A stretch of DNA of 64,000 bases from Chrysomallon squamiferum (GCA_012295275.1 CM022671.1:16244001-16308000), one strand, 5' to 3'; counted from the stretch's first letter, positions 12,541-27,221 are shown. Numbers and translations: made by a program. Notes: a model not told the origin generated them from the sequence alone.

Positions 12541-15529
12541 GTCAGACCTTCAGAAATTTATCTCTGGAATAAATGTGACCAACCTACAAAGGCTTACTGT
12601 ACGTAACGACAGGCCGACAATAGTGGTAAATTACTTACAAACAAGATTCTGTCATTAATTCTAAAAGTCCGCCCTGTCAGACAGAATGAACATTGCCTGC
12701 ACCATGCAATATTTTCAGTATCTGACGCATGTTAAACTACTTAGAACTGTCAGTGAAAAAGGAAACAATAACAAATCAGTTGGGTATATTCTGTACAAAA
12801 AGTTATAGCTGGTTTTCATGACTTCTGTGCCAGAAAAAAACACACACAAAAAAACCCCAGTTATCTACAGATGACAATTATTACAGCATGATGCTTCACA
12901 TTGAATCAGTGAAGAAATATGCAGTTTTCAAACACAGCCTTCTGTTTTCACAATTCTGTGATTCTGCTGTGTGCCTGTAAACAGGCTATAAAACCAATTT
13001 CCAGCCACATGATAAAGTAAGTTAAAAGAAAAGGAAAGGAGATGAGTGAGGGTTTGCTTAAAAGAAAATCAGTTTTTTAGATCTTGAAATTTTCTAGGCA
13101 AATCTATCCAGCACAGCTAAATTAACAAAATAAAAACAAAGACAAAAACCTCACAATAAAACCATACAAATTTACATAAAACAAGTAATTTTTTTTTTTA
13201 AAGTATATATATATATATATATATATATATTAGGTGCTTTATTTTACATTTTTAAAATATGAAGATTTCTTTAAACAAAACAAAAATAAATAAATAATAA
13301 TAAGAATAATAAAGGTCAAATACTTTGCACTCTCTAATAACCAAAGGTTTGAACCTACACATGTGGTCATGAAATCTTCAGTGTCTACTAAAAACAATGT
13401 TAATACTGGCATGTTACACAATACATTAGAGCATAAACACACTGTAGAGTTTCTCCAGTTAACTGGCTAGAATCAACTGCCAGGACATGATCTCTGAACC
13501 TTGAGGCCAGTGACTTAACTGCAGTACTATGAACAGAAGCTAATTACACTGCACTGAAACCACCTCTCTGAAGAGTGAAATATTAATGAAGACAGAGACA
13601 AGGTATCATTATTATTATTATTTTAATGTTCCATGAAGAAACATCATTACTTCATTTCACCTTTTGTGAAAACCAAATTATCAGTAAACATGTTGTACAT
13701 CTGAGAATATATATGATATATATGACAATAACAAACCCAGTCTTATGGGAACCAAAAGCTGACCCCAGTAAAATATTTATAATCATACAACACTATTTTT
13801 GAACAGTTTTAGTTAGGTGCAGTGAAAATTATTTTATTTTCATTTTAAGTGAAATTTTTTGAAAATGATGATTTTTCTGGATTTTCTTTTATTTCTAATT
13901 ATTGTATTTTATATCATAAACAAAAAGCCCAAGTAAAGTTTTGGTTACATCCGGTGTCTAAAATAAGCTGCTGAAGTACAATAAGTACTTTGAACATTTT
14001 AAACAACACATCAAAGCAACAATGTAATTATTAAATACATTGTGATGAGTCACTGGATAGTGTTCCGTATAGCCTGAAATATCACATATTCATTAATGCA
14101 GACAGACAGACAGACACACACTTGAACATATAACAGATATATAACAGCAATGCTGTTAATAAAAAAAAAGTTTTTTTCCATTAGGTCAATTGTTTATATA
14201 GTTATTTCAATTCAAATGCATAGGAGGAAGCATTTAGCAAATATTTTGATTCTTTGTTACAATTATACAGGGTTTTATTTCATATGTCAAAACAAAGCCA
14301 AAAAAAAAAAAAAAAAAAAAAACATGAAATAACAAACAGCCATCACAAACAAAAATCTCCCTTCTCTTTACATGCAATTTTTTGTACGATTTCTATTTAT
14401 GTGAATCCTTGTAAAAACAGCAATTCTCTATTGCATTTGAAATCCAATATTATTGGTTAAATGTTTTCCTGGTGTGACATCACAGCTATTTCAGTCATAA
14501 GCATTAAGTTCAACATAATTAAAACAACTGCATCATCTCACTGATAAAATGTTTTTACAGAAGTCATAGCCCTAGAATAATGACGTGTTTTTGTACAAAC
14601 AAGTAAATGCTATCAAAATAATTTTTTTAAGTATGCCTGCCCTTTAAAAATGTTAATATATTTTAAATCTATCCTCTCAGAACTAGTTTTCCTTGCTGTG
14701 GGATTTTCTTTTCTTTTTCATCTCTTTATAGGACTGTGAATAAACTAAAATACCTTTTTTTTTCTTTTTTTTTTCTGATAGACCAAGCCACACATGTTGT
14801 GTTTCTTCCTGGAGTGACTGATAGAACAGTTATACAGTTGTGACAACTACACTTACATTTTTGTTTTGAAGTTTTGTTACAGAAAGAGAGAAATTCTTTC
14901 CCTTACTGAGGATGTCTCTGCTGAATGAGAGAGAAGTGTTGGTACAAGATGGCTACATTTCTTCCTGAAAAAAAAAGTCTGTCAGGAAACAAAGCCGAAT
15001 GACATTTGCTTCCATGCTTTTGATTTGGTTACGTAATTGTAGCAAGGTCTGGATATTTTTACAATGGTAAAAAATACAAGGGTTTGGAACTTGTAACTGT
15101 GCAATCCTTGTAATCAAGAAAATTACCATAACCAAAAAAAAATTAAAAAAAAAATAAAAATAAAAATAAAAGAAGTTAAAAAAAATAAATAAAAGAATTA
15201 AAAAAAAATTAAAAAATTCAGTGTGACATTTCCCTATCATTTTCATTGTTAATGTTTCCAGCTCTGGAAAGTAGAAAAAAGTGGCAAAACAAATCCTGAT
15301 GTAGTCCATGGCAAAAACATTGCTGCAGAGATAATTACATAGATTTTTGTACAGTGTAACATTACTTGTGTTTCGCAGTTCTCTGGTGTTTATCATTCTT
15401 TCCATAAAACATGTATTAATAGTAAACAGTGGTAAACAGTCTACTACAATAATATAAATTATAGCAGTATCTGAGAGGAATTATTGGTAATAAACTTTTA
15501 TAATAAAATTACTTTCACTGACATTTAGC

Positions 15530-15840
15530 TGATAACAAGTTATATTCAAAATATTTAGTAGGTGTAAATAAAGGTATTGTCAAAACTATTTAATTATAAA
15601 TTAGGTTATTATCAGTCATGTATAGATGTAAATAAGGTATTATCAACAGTACATAGCTGTAAATAAGAATATTATCAAAAGAATTTAGTTCTAAATAAGG
15701 TTATTATCAATAGTATTTAGGTGTAAATAAGATTATTATCAACAGTATTTAGGTGTAAATGAGGTTTTTATCAATATTGTGTAGTTGTAAACAAGGTTAT
15801 AGTATCAACAGAATTTAACTGCAATAAAATTATTACCAAA
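15530..15840. repeat. Degenerate ~32-bp minisatellite
   Basis: Unit ~TGTAAATAAGGTTATTATCAACAGTATTTAGG, roughly 9 copies. Confidence 0.85.
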
Positions 15841-17845
15841 TAAGTGTGAATGATATACACTGTAAACACGATAAGAATCAACAACATAAATTTACCATGA
15901 CTTACAAATGTGACCAAAATTTAGTTTATCAGTTAAAGTTGAGAAACATTTGACTGCACTGAGATTAAAAATATGCAGAAACCAAAAATAACCAGGTAGA
16001 CACATTTTAAAATCTTTGTGCAGACATCTTTAAAAAAACAACAAAAAAGAACCTAAATATTCAGTAAACTGCATGCACTACAATTTGAACATATTTTCTT
16101 GCAGTGAAAGTTTCACTGTTTTTGAGGTTTTACAATGATTACGTGTCAGCGTCTGTAGCTCTGCAAGTTAATAATGCGAGATTTATAAGATGCAGGAGGA
16201 CCTTAATTCCAAACAAGAACTGTGCTTTATTGTTTCAAATTAAAGCTTCTTTGACATCTAATAACCATTAATAATACAATGTGTGGAGGCATCATCAAGC
16301 TGTTGTTAATAAAATTCTAATAAAATCGTGTTTATTTGTTTTTTTTTGTTATTTAAAATAAAATAAAATTAAGCCAGCTAATTCCTAATGATGAAAAATT
16401 AAGATTTTTTTTTTTTTTTTTCTCTCTCTCTCACTAGATGTAGATTCCATGGGAGACAATAGATTAATTAAAAGTTGCCAGACAAGTTTAAATATCTGCA
16501 GAGAGAAACTACAGACAGGGTTGATGAATTAATCATTAAACAAAAATGACAATATATTGATCTTTTTTTTTCTTCTTTCATTGAATTAGGAAAGTGGGAA
16601 GCTTTTATATAAAACAGTAAATGGCACGACAGCACAACAATTATTCTCCTTTTAACAGCAATGATCTTCCCAAAAATTAAATTTTCTATTCAGCAGTAGC
16701 CCCACAAAACCTTTTTTTTAGATTTTAGCAGTTATTGATATTAAATTGGCTAATCTGAAAAATTATGGATTAGTTTATAAATGATTGGGCAGATCAGTTG
16801 ATCAGTAAAAAGGTGTTTAGTCAGAAAGCAGCTGAAACAATGAAGTAGATTATTCATGGAAATCCATCCATCTATCTTTGTAAATAGATGGACAGTTGTA
16901 TGGATTGACTAACAGAACTGCCTAAAAACGACCCCCAAAAAACAGATTTTTTCTTTAAAGCTAATCTCCTGAGAATATATTTTCTGAATATTACTGCTGA
17001 CATTAAGTTTCAGTGGTATATATAAACACTTCAAATACAAACTCCAAAAATAATGTTCACACTCTCAAAAGTCCTCTATACATATCACATGATGGAATAG
17101 GAAAATTTCTCCTTGTTTAACAAGATCTAAAGCAGCGAAATAAAGCAAAGAAAATGTCTTTAAGATTCAGCAAAACATAAACCATCTGTCATTACCAGAC
17201 AGTGAGCAAAAAAGGAAAAAAAGTGTGTTGGTGAAACAATAACACAGCCAAGAAAAAAAAAACAGAGACTTCCACCAACATTTGATCCCTTTCTTTCACT
17301 CCCTCTCTGTCTGAGGGATTTTTTTGATTTTTTATTATTTTTTTTTTTCCTAAGAAATTCCTTCACTGTGTCCTCAATAAACTGCAGCATAGATGTCAAA
17401 CCGAGCAAATAATTTGCAAGATAAAAGACACTTTTTCCCACCCCTAGAAATTCCTGCTTTCAAATTTGCACAATATTTCTACTTCACTTAAATCCACAAG
17501 AGTTCTTGCACTCTTCAAAGAGATGTAAAGTTGTGTTTTTCAAGTGTATGCTGGGTAATGACTACCATGTGTAGAATATTAAAGAAGAGGAGAGATGAAA
17601 CTTGGAGAAAGCAGCAGAAGAAGTTTCGAGAGCTTTATTCACTTCTGGAGCCAACATATTAGAACGACATGGATAAAACATGTTAAAATTGGCAGCCGTG
17701 CCAAAATATGTGTTCTCAAATATTTTTCATCAAATGAGCTTCTTTGTCTGTACAGCCAATTTACAGACTAATTTATTTACTGATTAAAACCATGTTCTTG
17801 CTGGGTGAGTCTTCAAATCAGAATAACAAATTAAAAACAACTTAC

Positions 17846-17891
17846 CTCTGTTGTCAGTAATTCTGTTTCCAAAACCACGCCCATCAGATTT
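17846..17891 (-). CDS. 46-nt internal exon of an unidentified minus-strand gene (KSDGRGFGNRITDNR phase 0->1, or NLMGVVLETELLTTE phase 2->0)
   Basis: Minus strand: poly-T tract + ctcctgcag|AAATCTGATGGGCGTGGTTTTGGAAACAGAATTACTGACAACAGAG|gtaagt. Strong polypyrimidine acceptor, perfect AG|GTAAGT donor, two of three frames open. Coding status is inferred; it could be a 5' UTR or start-codon exon. Confidence 0.65.
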
Positions 17892-18299
17892 CTGCAGGAG
17901 AAAAAAAAACAGAACAATGAAATACTTTAGACAAAACACTTGTTAATTCTTAATGCATGTATAAATAAATTTAACAATATCCTAAAACACTTTAAGTACC
18001 AATGAATGAAACGTACGTTTGAAAACACTTCACACATTTTGTAGTAGTGATTATTATACATATCAAAGACAAAGGTCTTGCTTTGTTTCAATGGGATGAT
18101 CTGGGAAGGAAAACTCACTGCTTCAGTGTAATATGATCACTCTCATTAACACATGAATTATTGTTGTAGGTCAAATTATTGCAGTACATTGTAACAGTAA
18201 GAATTAATTTTACATGTTTGTTTTTGAGTAGTAAAAAAACATTTAAAAGTTGGTAGCTGTTCCTTTTTTACACATACACATATTTATATAACATATAAG

Positions 18300-18429
18300 C
18301 CTTTACATGTGCATGTGCACACACACACACATTACATACTTATATATTTTATATATATATACATTTTATATATACATATATAAATGCATACATACATACA
18401 CAGACACACAAACACATACTTATAAGGCC

Positions 18430-18483
<54 letters not shown>
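18300..18483. repeat. (CA)n/(TA)n low-complexity tract with perfect (CA)n at 18440-18483
   Basis: Seen directly. Confidence 0.95.
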
Positions 18484-18484
<1 letters not shown>

Positions 18485-19975
18485 AACACAAACATTTTTG
18501 TTTTCCAAATATGAATGAAAAGGTGTCAGCAACAGGACCACGATGAGGTTAGTAATTACAAGACAAAGAATCAAATTATTTCCAATTAGCTGGATAAACC
18601 TATCTACTACAGATCTGTTTGCGAGGAAGGAAGGAAATGGACTATTTTGTCATAAAGCTCATGTGACCTAGCCAGCTCATTAATGTCAGCTTTAGATTTC
18701 AGAGTCCAACATTATTACACTTCTCATTGAAACCGTGAAGAAAAAGACCCAAGTAATAATATCTTGACCATCCCAACAGACTAATCAGAATAGTATTTGT
18801 ACTGAAAGAGACAGAAAAAAAAAAAAATAAGCCATCATCACCAATTCAGATGACCTATCCTTTACAACAGGGGAATAGACCAGGGAAAACAGTGTCTAGA
18901 GATATAGCTATTGTGCTGCTTGTAGTCCTGTAATTACTGCTAAAATACTGACACAAGCTGGACATCATTTCAGACACACACCCACTGTTGAAAGCAAGCA
19001 TCTGGAGAAAGAATAATGGAAAAAGATTTCCCTGTGGAAAGCTAAATAAAATATATTAATGGCTGGAGGCAATTCATTATATTTATTTATCTTTCATCAA
19101 GAAAAATGATTTGCTCTGTACAAAGTGTACATAACAATACCTACTAGTATATAGCTTGCTATTTTATTGTACAGTATGCATGGCTAGCTATGTGCAGAAA
19201 TCATTACTTGCCATCATATTCATATGGGACCAATATCAGTTGTTATCCAGTCCTTTTATTATAAACAAACATTAAATATACACCATTTATATGAATTATG
19301 TATACACAAATATATACCCGCATATGCACAAATTCATATACACATTTTAATAAAATATATAAAATGTTCATGTCTTCTTACAATGTTTACAATCATGTTA
19401 ACAAAAATCTACACTAACCTGCTAATTTGCTAACAATCCAACGAAGATAAGCTCAGTAAACAGAAGAACAAATCAGGAAAATTCTCTACACTGAATTAAA
19501 ATAGCTAGCCGCAATTACAAAGCATCAAAGCACTATTGCAAGTATTCACGTCACTTCTTTCCCACTGGCATTCACTGGGTCTGAATAACCATTTGACTTG
19601 TGATTCCAGAGACAGAGAGAGAGAGAGAAAAAAACTAAACAATTTTTTAAAAAGCGAGGTAATCTGCAGATGTTTAAATGCTATTTGATTCATTATCATA
19701 TTTAGCTGAAATTCAATTTAGTCTGAACATGCGTCTAAGTTGACAGTAATTAAAAAAGAGAAATGTAATTTTTCTCACTCTGTTATTTGCTTTATTAGAG
19801 TGGAAGAGACTGCGAGCTGACAAAACGTAATTCCAGCACAGCTTTCTATCATGTCTTAATAATGAGAAGTCTTATTTGATGAGATAATTTATAAAGCTGC
19901 AACACGCAAGACACGTCACTTGCGATTATGCACCGCGACAGAATGCTCTGTAATGTCCTTTTAACTTTTTAGCCT

Positions 19976-20266
19976 CAGTCTAAATTCACCCAGACATCCT
20001 CTGTTTGAAGTCACCCAGACATCTTTGGTCTAGAGTGGCCCAAGTTTCCTCGGTCTTAAATCACCCAGATATCCTCAGTCTTAATTCACCTACATATCCT
20101 CAGTCTAAATTCACCCAGACATCCTCAGTCTAAATTCACATAGATACCTTCAGTCTAAATTCACCCAAACATCCTCAGTCTAAATTCACCTAGATACCTT
20201 CAGTCTAAATTCACCCAAACATCCTCAGTCTAAATTCACCTAGATACCTTCAGTCTAAATCACCTG
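19976..20266. repeat. 25-bp minisatellite with a 50-bp higher-order dimer
   Basis: From 20101 the units alternate CAGTCTAAATTCACCCA(G/A)ACATCCT and CAGTCTAAATTCAC(A/C)TAGATACCTT three times; about five older degenerate monomers lie to the left. Confidence 0.95.
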
Positions 20267-20889
20267 AAATACATCTCTGTTATGTAACATTCGTTTTTAA
20301 CATGACATTCACCACTTTTAATTATTGCCCATTTGGCACATAATCATACTATATGGTTCATTTACTCAGAATTCACACATTATAAATCACTGCTAGCCTG
20401 GCACACAAAACACAAGTTTTTGACAGGAAATTCACCAGTTTCAATCACTGAATAACTGGTTTTTAAAACCAAGGTCTGTAATGAAAGAGTGAAAGATGTA
20501 AAATTCAAATTTAAAGTGAAAATTTGATTACCCAAGTTTTCATTGAAAAAAAACAACATGTTATTTAATTAAGTTATTATTATTTTTTTTTAATGTTTAA
20601 TCTAATTTATAGACACTCTCACAGCAGCAACCACACTTTAGATCTAAATTATTTTGACAGTCAAACACTTAACATGCTGAAACTTGATAATTGTGTATGG
20701 ATACTTCACTACAGTCTTATCACTAGAAATATGAAACACCGAGTCTTATTTCACACTGGAATACAGAATCATTAAATTGGAAATTATTAATTAACAACCA
20801 GTTAAGTGTGTGAGTGTGTGTGTGTGTTTCATTGTTTTGAAAGCGATTGCATATGCCTTTTTTTTTTAAATAAACTTTTTTTATATTTT

Positions 20890-21215
20890 ACAAATAATTT
20901 TACACCCATAATGACTTTATAATTTAACAGCTATAACCACAGTATGACTTTTTATTTAAAAGTGTTACAAATTCAAAACTATTTTGCTTTAAAACACTTA
21001 CAAACACATAATGATTTTTATGTTCAAAAAAGTTACAAATTGAAAATGACTTTATATTTAAAACGGTTACAAAATCAGAATTACTTTACATTTAAAACAT
21101 CAAACTCAAAAAAATGTCCTTATATCTAAAAAAGTTTCAGGCTCGAAATAACTTCTTTTTTTTTAATTTTTTTTTTTAAAACGGTTTCAAACTGAAAATG
21201 ACTTTATTTGAAAGA
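20890..21215. repeat. Degenerate ~31-bp minisatellite
   Basis: Recurring AAAATGACTTTATATTTAAAACGGTTACAAA-like unit. Confidence 0.75.
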
Positions 21216-21614
21216 CGCACTCCTCCAGAGATTTAATTCATCCAGATGGGAAATGATCTTTCTTGCTTCATTTTCTAAAATCCCATTCATTGATCTGTCA
21301 AAAACAAAGACAATCATGAAAGCCAAACCCCATGGTGGAGATTGTTTGAAAGAGAAGCAAGATGCTATTTCTTTTTTAAATTTAAAATTACATGTTTCTG
21401 TCACTTCAAATAACACCGAGCGGTGACCTATGTGCAGCCTTGGCCATTAAAACAGCATTAAGTGAGACAAATATTACCTCTGTGACACCTGATACATTTC
21501 TAATTCTGCTTTTACATAATTACTAGTGAATGAAACAAAAATGATTTATCATTAAACAGCAGTGCAGCCAGACTAATATAATAGATATAGCCTGTAGAAA
21601 TACACGAAAAGAGA

Positions 21615-21880
21615 CAAAAAAAAAAAAATAAATAAATAAATAAATAAATAAAATAAAATAAATAAATAAAATAAATAATAATTAATTACAATAAAATAAA
21701 ATAAATATGAAAAGATAACAAGATAATGAATGAGTAAATAAAAAAATAAAATAAGTAAATATATACTTAAATAAATAAATAAATAAGAAGAAAAAAAATA
21801 AATATGAGAAATAAATAAATAACAAAAAGTTAATAAATATATAAGAAAAAAATAATAATAAATTCCATAATAAAATATTA
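21615..21880. repeat. (AAAT)n/(AAAAT)n A-rich low-complexity tract
   Basis: Seen directly. Confidence 0.9.
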
Positions 21881-24743
21881 AGAATCTTAGCTCATCAGTT
21901 GCAATGAATAATTAAGAATAAATAACCAAACTCGCTGTGAATAATTGTTTTAAAAACACACTACAAACGGATTAATTATTCAAATTACAAGCTACGGATT
22001 TGAATTCAATTAGGCTGACTCTGTAATAATCCTGTAATGAAATCTTTGAGCTAAATCGTCTTCCAGAGATGATACAATCTATAATACAGAATCCCCAAAC
22101 ATTCTGACTGACAAATCTTGCATTGAAATGATCAAACACACACTTTGGTGTTTTCTTTACATTTATTCTTTGTAACAAAGACAAAGACTAATATTATTCA
22201 TACTTGTCTGCATCAGGCATGTTTTATTTTAAAGCATTAAGACCCTGCTGGAACCTAAAGTGATTCTTAAACCTGGGAGAGAGACTGTAAATAAGATGAT
22301 CATGAAGTGTCAGGCCGGCGAATGAGTTAAACACAGAGAGATTAACACACACTACAATATGCTGACAGTTCACAAATGTAAATATAATATTTACAAAAAG
22401 CCTGAAAAGAAATCAGTGGAGAAGAGAGACCACACACACAAATCAGTGTCCAGTAACAAAGGAGGCCAGCCTGAAATCTCGACTTGAAGATCATGTGTAT
22501 CAGGGCTAATTTCCTGTAGCATCCTCGCTAACAAAGTCTGTGAATGCAGACTCACAGAGTGTCGGATATTTACATGGATGTCTTCCTGGCATCAATGACC
22601 ATGAGGAAATGACATTAAAACTTTTCAGATGTGAATCAATGTCAACCAGGAGCTGACCCACAAAACACTGGACAAGTAATTTTCAGGTTAATTTAAGAAA
22701 TCCTTTTTTAATCTCCCTTCAGGCTTGATAATTAACAAGTGAAGGAATCGAGACACTGAAATCAAGTTTATTATTAAACCAAAGAAGCTTACAACGTCTT
22801 CGTTTTATGATTCACTCTAAACTCTTTGATTAACTCAGATCTAATTATAGAGAAAATAGTATTTTCTGGAACCTGGATGGATGCATTCAGATGATAATCT
22901 ATGAATATCCGGCTACGAGATCTTCTCTGTAACTGATGTGTCATGTGTTAATCCTATTTCACTCTAATGAAAAATGAAAACCATGATGCAAGCAATTTTT
23001 AAAATTATTTTTAATGAAAAGTTGGTTGCTATGAATTTATAATTAAAACACACCAAGCAGAAAATTGTCAGTGAGTGACACTTTCAAGGCACACTTGTCT
23101 AATGAGTTTGAAACTAGAGTGAAACAAGCCAAATGAAATTAATATTCTGTGTCATGCATTTACAGCTGTAAATCTTAATCAGAACTGCTTCACACTAAAT
23201 TTCAATCATTTGTTTACACTTGTCAAAACGAATAATACTTGATTCATTTTAATAACTGCAGTCATAATTTCCCAATCATGCTAATGCTCAATGAATTATG
23301 TCTTTGCTATCATGTATTTATGAACATGTCTGTTAATCATTGAATTACTAGAGACTTTTCTTTCTCAAAAATATCCATGTTTAAACACCTTTTAATATTT
23401 TTAATATTAAAATAACAAATAGGTAAAGAAATACTGGATAAAAGTTTTTACATTTAAATAATTATAAACCTTTGTAATATTCCAATAGCTTATGACTGAA
23501 AATGAATTATTTGTTGTTAAACCAAAATTGATGGTCTTAGAATGACTTCACACAAGACAAATCAGTCTAACAACTAAACACTGTTACAGTAACTAGCTGC
23601 AAATCAGTTTTCTACAAGCTCATATAGACATTTGGTTATCTCATAAGCTGACTCAATTTGCGATTCCAGTTAACAATTGCATTATCCTATAAACATTAAT
23701 CAGGTTTACAGCAAGTCTATACAACAACCTATTTGTGGTAACAAATTGTCTGCAAAATATGGTGAAAATGAGTAAATTAGAGACATAATCTCGTCTATTT
23801 TTTTTTATCCGAGTACAGAAACTTCAGGTAAACAGACTGCTTAGTGATTTATGTAACACTGGGTCCTGTAATTGTTGTAAAGCGATTTACAGTAATGAAA
23901 GTAAACATGTAACTAACATTAACGGGGGAAATTTCATTTGTTTCAGAACCATGCAAAACAATGATAATTCTAAACTATTCTCCTGACATTTTACTCCCAT
24001 TATGAAAGCCTATTTCTTCAGTTGACAAGATTTAACTGTATTAAGGTATAGGTTGTGGGTTTTCTTTTTCTTTTTTTAAATTATTTTACTCATACAAAAT
24101 ATAAAATAAACAAATAAATACACAACTTGATATTTTTTAAAAAGTTACAGACTAAAGTTTGAAATCCATACTGTGAAGCCTTTTTTCAAGTTAACACTGT
24201 TCTCATATTGTGTTATATTCTTCAAATTTCATTTCTGGATAAATTAACTGCATTACACTTACAAAAGTCTATCAGACTTGGGGAAATACCAAACAAGGAA
24301 AGGAAACAAGAGTTTTCTTCATCCTTCCATTAACAAATCCATTACTTGTCAATCAGATCTATGAACCATTCCATTACTTGTTGAGATTTCATTTACACCG
24401 ATATTTTACGAGTGTCCGGGATTCATGGGCAGCAAGCTTTATCAGTCCTAGTCTGGTGGCTGGCTACCTGTCACTGTGGCCACACACAGACTCCAGGCTC
24501 ACAGGCTCACAGGCTGGTATCTTTATTACATTTGTTAACCCACAACAGTTGGCTGTTTCAGCCATCAAAGAACAGAAGTGTGACTTTAGACAAGATAGAA
24601 TCGCGATGAGGTGAACCGTGGCTTTCTGTCACAGTAATTAAACCAGCGGTCAGAAAACTGTGATGTACACGGATCATCGCCTGATTACATACCTAGAAAT
24701 AACATGGACTGTTTAATTCTGCTTCTGCCTAAGGAAAAAAAAT

Positions 24744-25263
24744 AAAGGAAGAAATGTTTTATTTAACAATTCAATCCATATGTATTTAATCTAGTGATTA
24801 TATGGCATCATCCATATTACCTATGCTGATTTTTTCTGTCCATTATGATGGCACTAAATGTTTTCATTAGACATAACATTCTGCCAAATTTTCACTAATT
24901 AATTCATTGGAAAATGTCAGTAAGATGGGTTTTTTTTTTTTAAATAACCACCAAAATTCATGAAAAGAAATGTAAATGAAATACAACATGCCTGTGATGT
25001 TTCTATAGTTATGAACCACACAAAGATAAAAAAAAAACCAAAAAAAAAAAAAAAGTCTTCTGCTGCTTCACACTATTCATTTCCAGTTAGCAGCAAAGGT
25101 TATCAAAATGTACCCTCCCATAAACATGAAAGCACAGCATGTGGTTTTTGATAAATCTGACTTGTGGTTCTGACTAGGACAGGAACTAACACAGTGGGTG
25201 GACTGAGCATAGTCCCTTCAACCCACAACACCTAACCCCTGTTCTCTAACCACTGAGCCTCAC
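24744..25263 (-). mobile_element. Decayed tRNA-derived SINE interrupted by a MITE
   Basis: Minus-strand head has A-box-like GAGGCTCAGTGGTTAGAG (25261-25244) and B-box-like GTGGGTTGAAGGG (25226-25214). The 3' end is GTTAAATAAAACATTTCTTCCTT (24767-24745). The body and tail resemble a mollusc SINE I recall; not database-verified. Confidence 0.6.
24817..25011. mobile_element. MITE-like dispersed repeat, copy 1 (nested in the SINE)
   Basis: Aligns by eye with 27222-27422: GATGGCACTAAATGTTTTCATTAGACATAACATTCTGCCA vs GATGCCACTAAATGATAGCATTAGATATAAAATTCTGCCA, plus shared TTCACTAATTAATTCA and TGAAAA.AAATGT. Confidence 0.7.
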
Positions 25264-26371
25264 AAACTGTCCCTCAAACTGACACAGTGCCAAGCCACAA
25301 CAACAGCTCTTTTCTCTCTATCACTAATCAGTTAACTGATAAATCTAGAAATGCATAATTTAGCCTGGTTTTAAAACCACAAACCTGACTGTTCTGTAAC
25401 GACTGCCAGTGCTTGCACTGCTTCCTGTACTCTTTGACTACGATTATATGGATTGCTTGGCTCATGCATTTTTCAAAGACTTATTAGGCAGAAACACCTG
25501 GACAAAAGCAAACACAGAGAGCAGCACAATTAAATCTTTCCCAGTCAGTAATGGGAGTGTGTGTGTGTGTGTGAACAACACACGCAGATTCTTCTTGCCA
25601 GGCTAGGGTGAGATAACAAGACAAATGTTTTCCAAAGCTAAGAAGCTGATTAATGGGATGTCATAAGAATCAGTTTAAAGTCATACTGCTGAAACATGAA
25701 ATATACTGAAAGTAAAAATATTTTTTTTTTTTTTTTTACTAAATTAGCTAAACTAAACTAAATTAAACCTTTAAAAAATTTTTTTCACTCTTGCTGATTT
25801 CTTTTCAAGGTTTTTGTAAATATTATATTTTCATCTGGGAACTGTCAGGTTTTAGTATATGCTGTATATGTTAATATCTCTGTTTTGAACTTATTCACCA
25901 GTCCATGTAAAAACATGTAAGAAATTTCAAAACTACATGTTTATCAATGTATATAAAGTCTTTGGTTAAGTAGGTGGTCCATATGACTGTTTTCACAGGT
26001 TTGGTTACCACTGGCAGTTGCCCCTAGCTGTAGAATAATTATACAATCCAGCAGGAAGCACACATACAATTGTATTGCATATGTGGATTAATGTAAATAA
26101 AGCTACTGGGTTTCAGAACAGTTAGAATATACACAGATGTAAAAATATGCAGCAATGGCTGGTTAAAAAAAAAAAGTGTCTTCTAACTGAAACACATTTC
26201 TGATTGAAAATAAAATCTTGTACTCCACCTAAAACATAGCAATCTTGCTGACTGCAGTAATGATAAATAAACAAACAACTACATAAAGCAATGATTTAAT
26301 GTCAGTGAACATTCATCTTTTAAATGATTGATAAATGGATGAAACTATGTGCATGTGATTTATTTTGAGAA

Positions 26372-26444
<73 letters not shown>
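26372..26444. repeat. (GA)n microsatellite
   Basis: Near-perfect GA run. Confidence 0.98.
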
Positions 26445-26446
<2 letters not shown>

Positions 26447-27221
26447 CTTCTTACAAACAAATGTAGTCAATAAACAGGTTTAGTTTTAAAATATATAATT
26501 TTTTCATATCTCTGCTGAAACCATTTTCCACTTCACCTTTTTAATATAAATTTTAAAAACTATAACCATTAATTTTATCAATGCAAAAGAGAAAAAAAAG
26601 GAAGAAGAGAACTAAAATTATGTTTATTTCTAACCTTTGATCTATGTACTTACTGGAATGACTTTTACAACCAATCTAATCTAAATAATACAATATCATC
26701 ACCAAGTTATTAGTTTTGGATAAGCAAAATTAGCACTTAATTTTGAAACACATCACACACTCACACAATTTAACATGATTTTTTTTTTTTTATAATCTGA
26801 ATTCAATGCAGTGACTCCTCCAACAGAACAAAATAAATGAACTAACAGACAGTTTTATATGTGTACTACTTACACAGTTCATCTGAAAGATTTGTCATAA
26901 ACACATAATCCTCCCTCCCTCTTCTTCCAGACTTAACAAGCAGCATGTGTTTTGGGTGAAGCAAGAGAAATAACCTCCACTTACCAGAACCTTTCACTGT
27001 TTGTGTGATTTGCCAACATGCAAGTGATCAAGATCCTTACACATCTACCAGGAATGCCGAATATCAATTTAAACAAAATGTCAGATCTTTCCTTACATCC
27101 ATCGTTTCCTAATTGGCAGAAATCACAGAAACATCTGAACAAGCCAGATTGAAGTCACACCTCACGTTTCAGTATTGAAATCTACCCAGTCATTGCCAAT
27201 AGTAAAATTTTTACTTAGTAA

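Noticed and set aside
13440-13570. Possible decayed dispersed-repeat fragment (similar faint impressions at ~29215-29275, ~36050-36160 and ~60360-60430)
   Set aside because: The resemblance is only from memory, with no second copy, TIR or TSD visible in the window; needs a RepeatMasker run.
14953-15405. Longest ORF in the track (150 aa, minus strand)
   Set aside because: Runs through an A-rich tract giving poly-Phe; no recognisable protein features.
25205-25263. tRNA-like A and B boxes
   Set aside because: No cloverleaf can be folded; better explained as a decayed SINE head.
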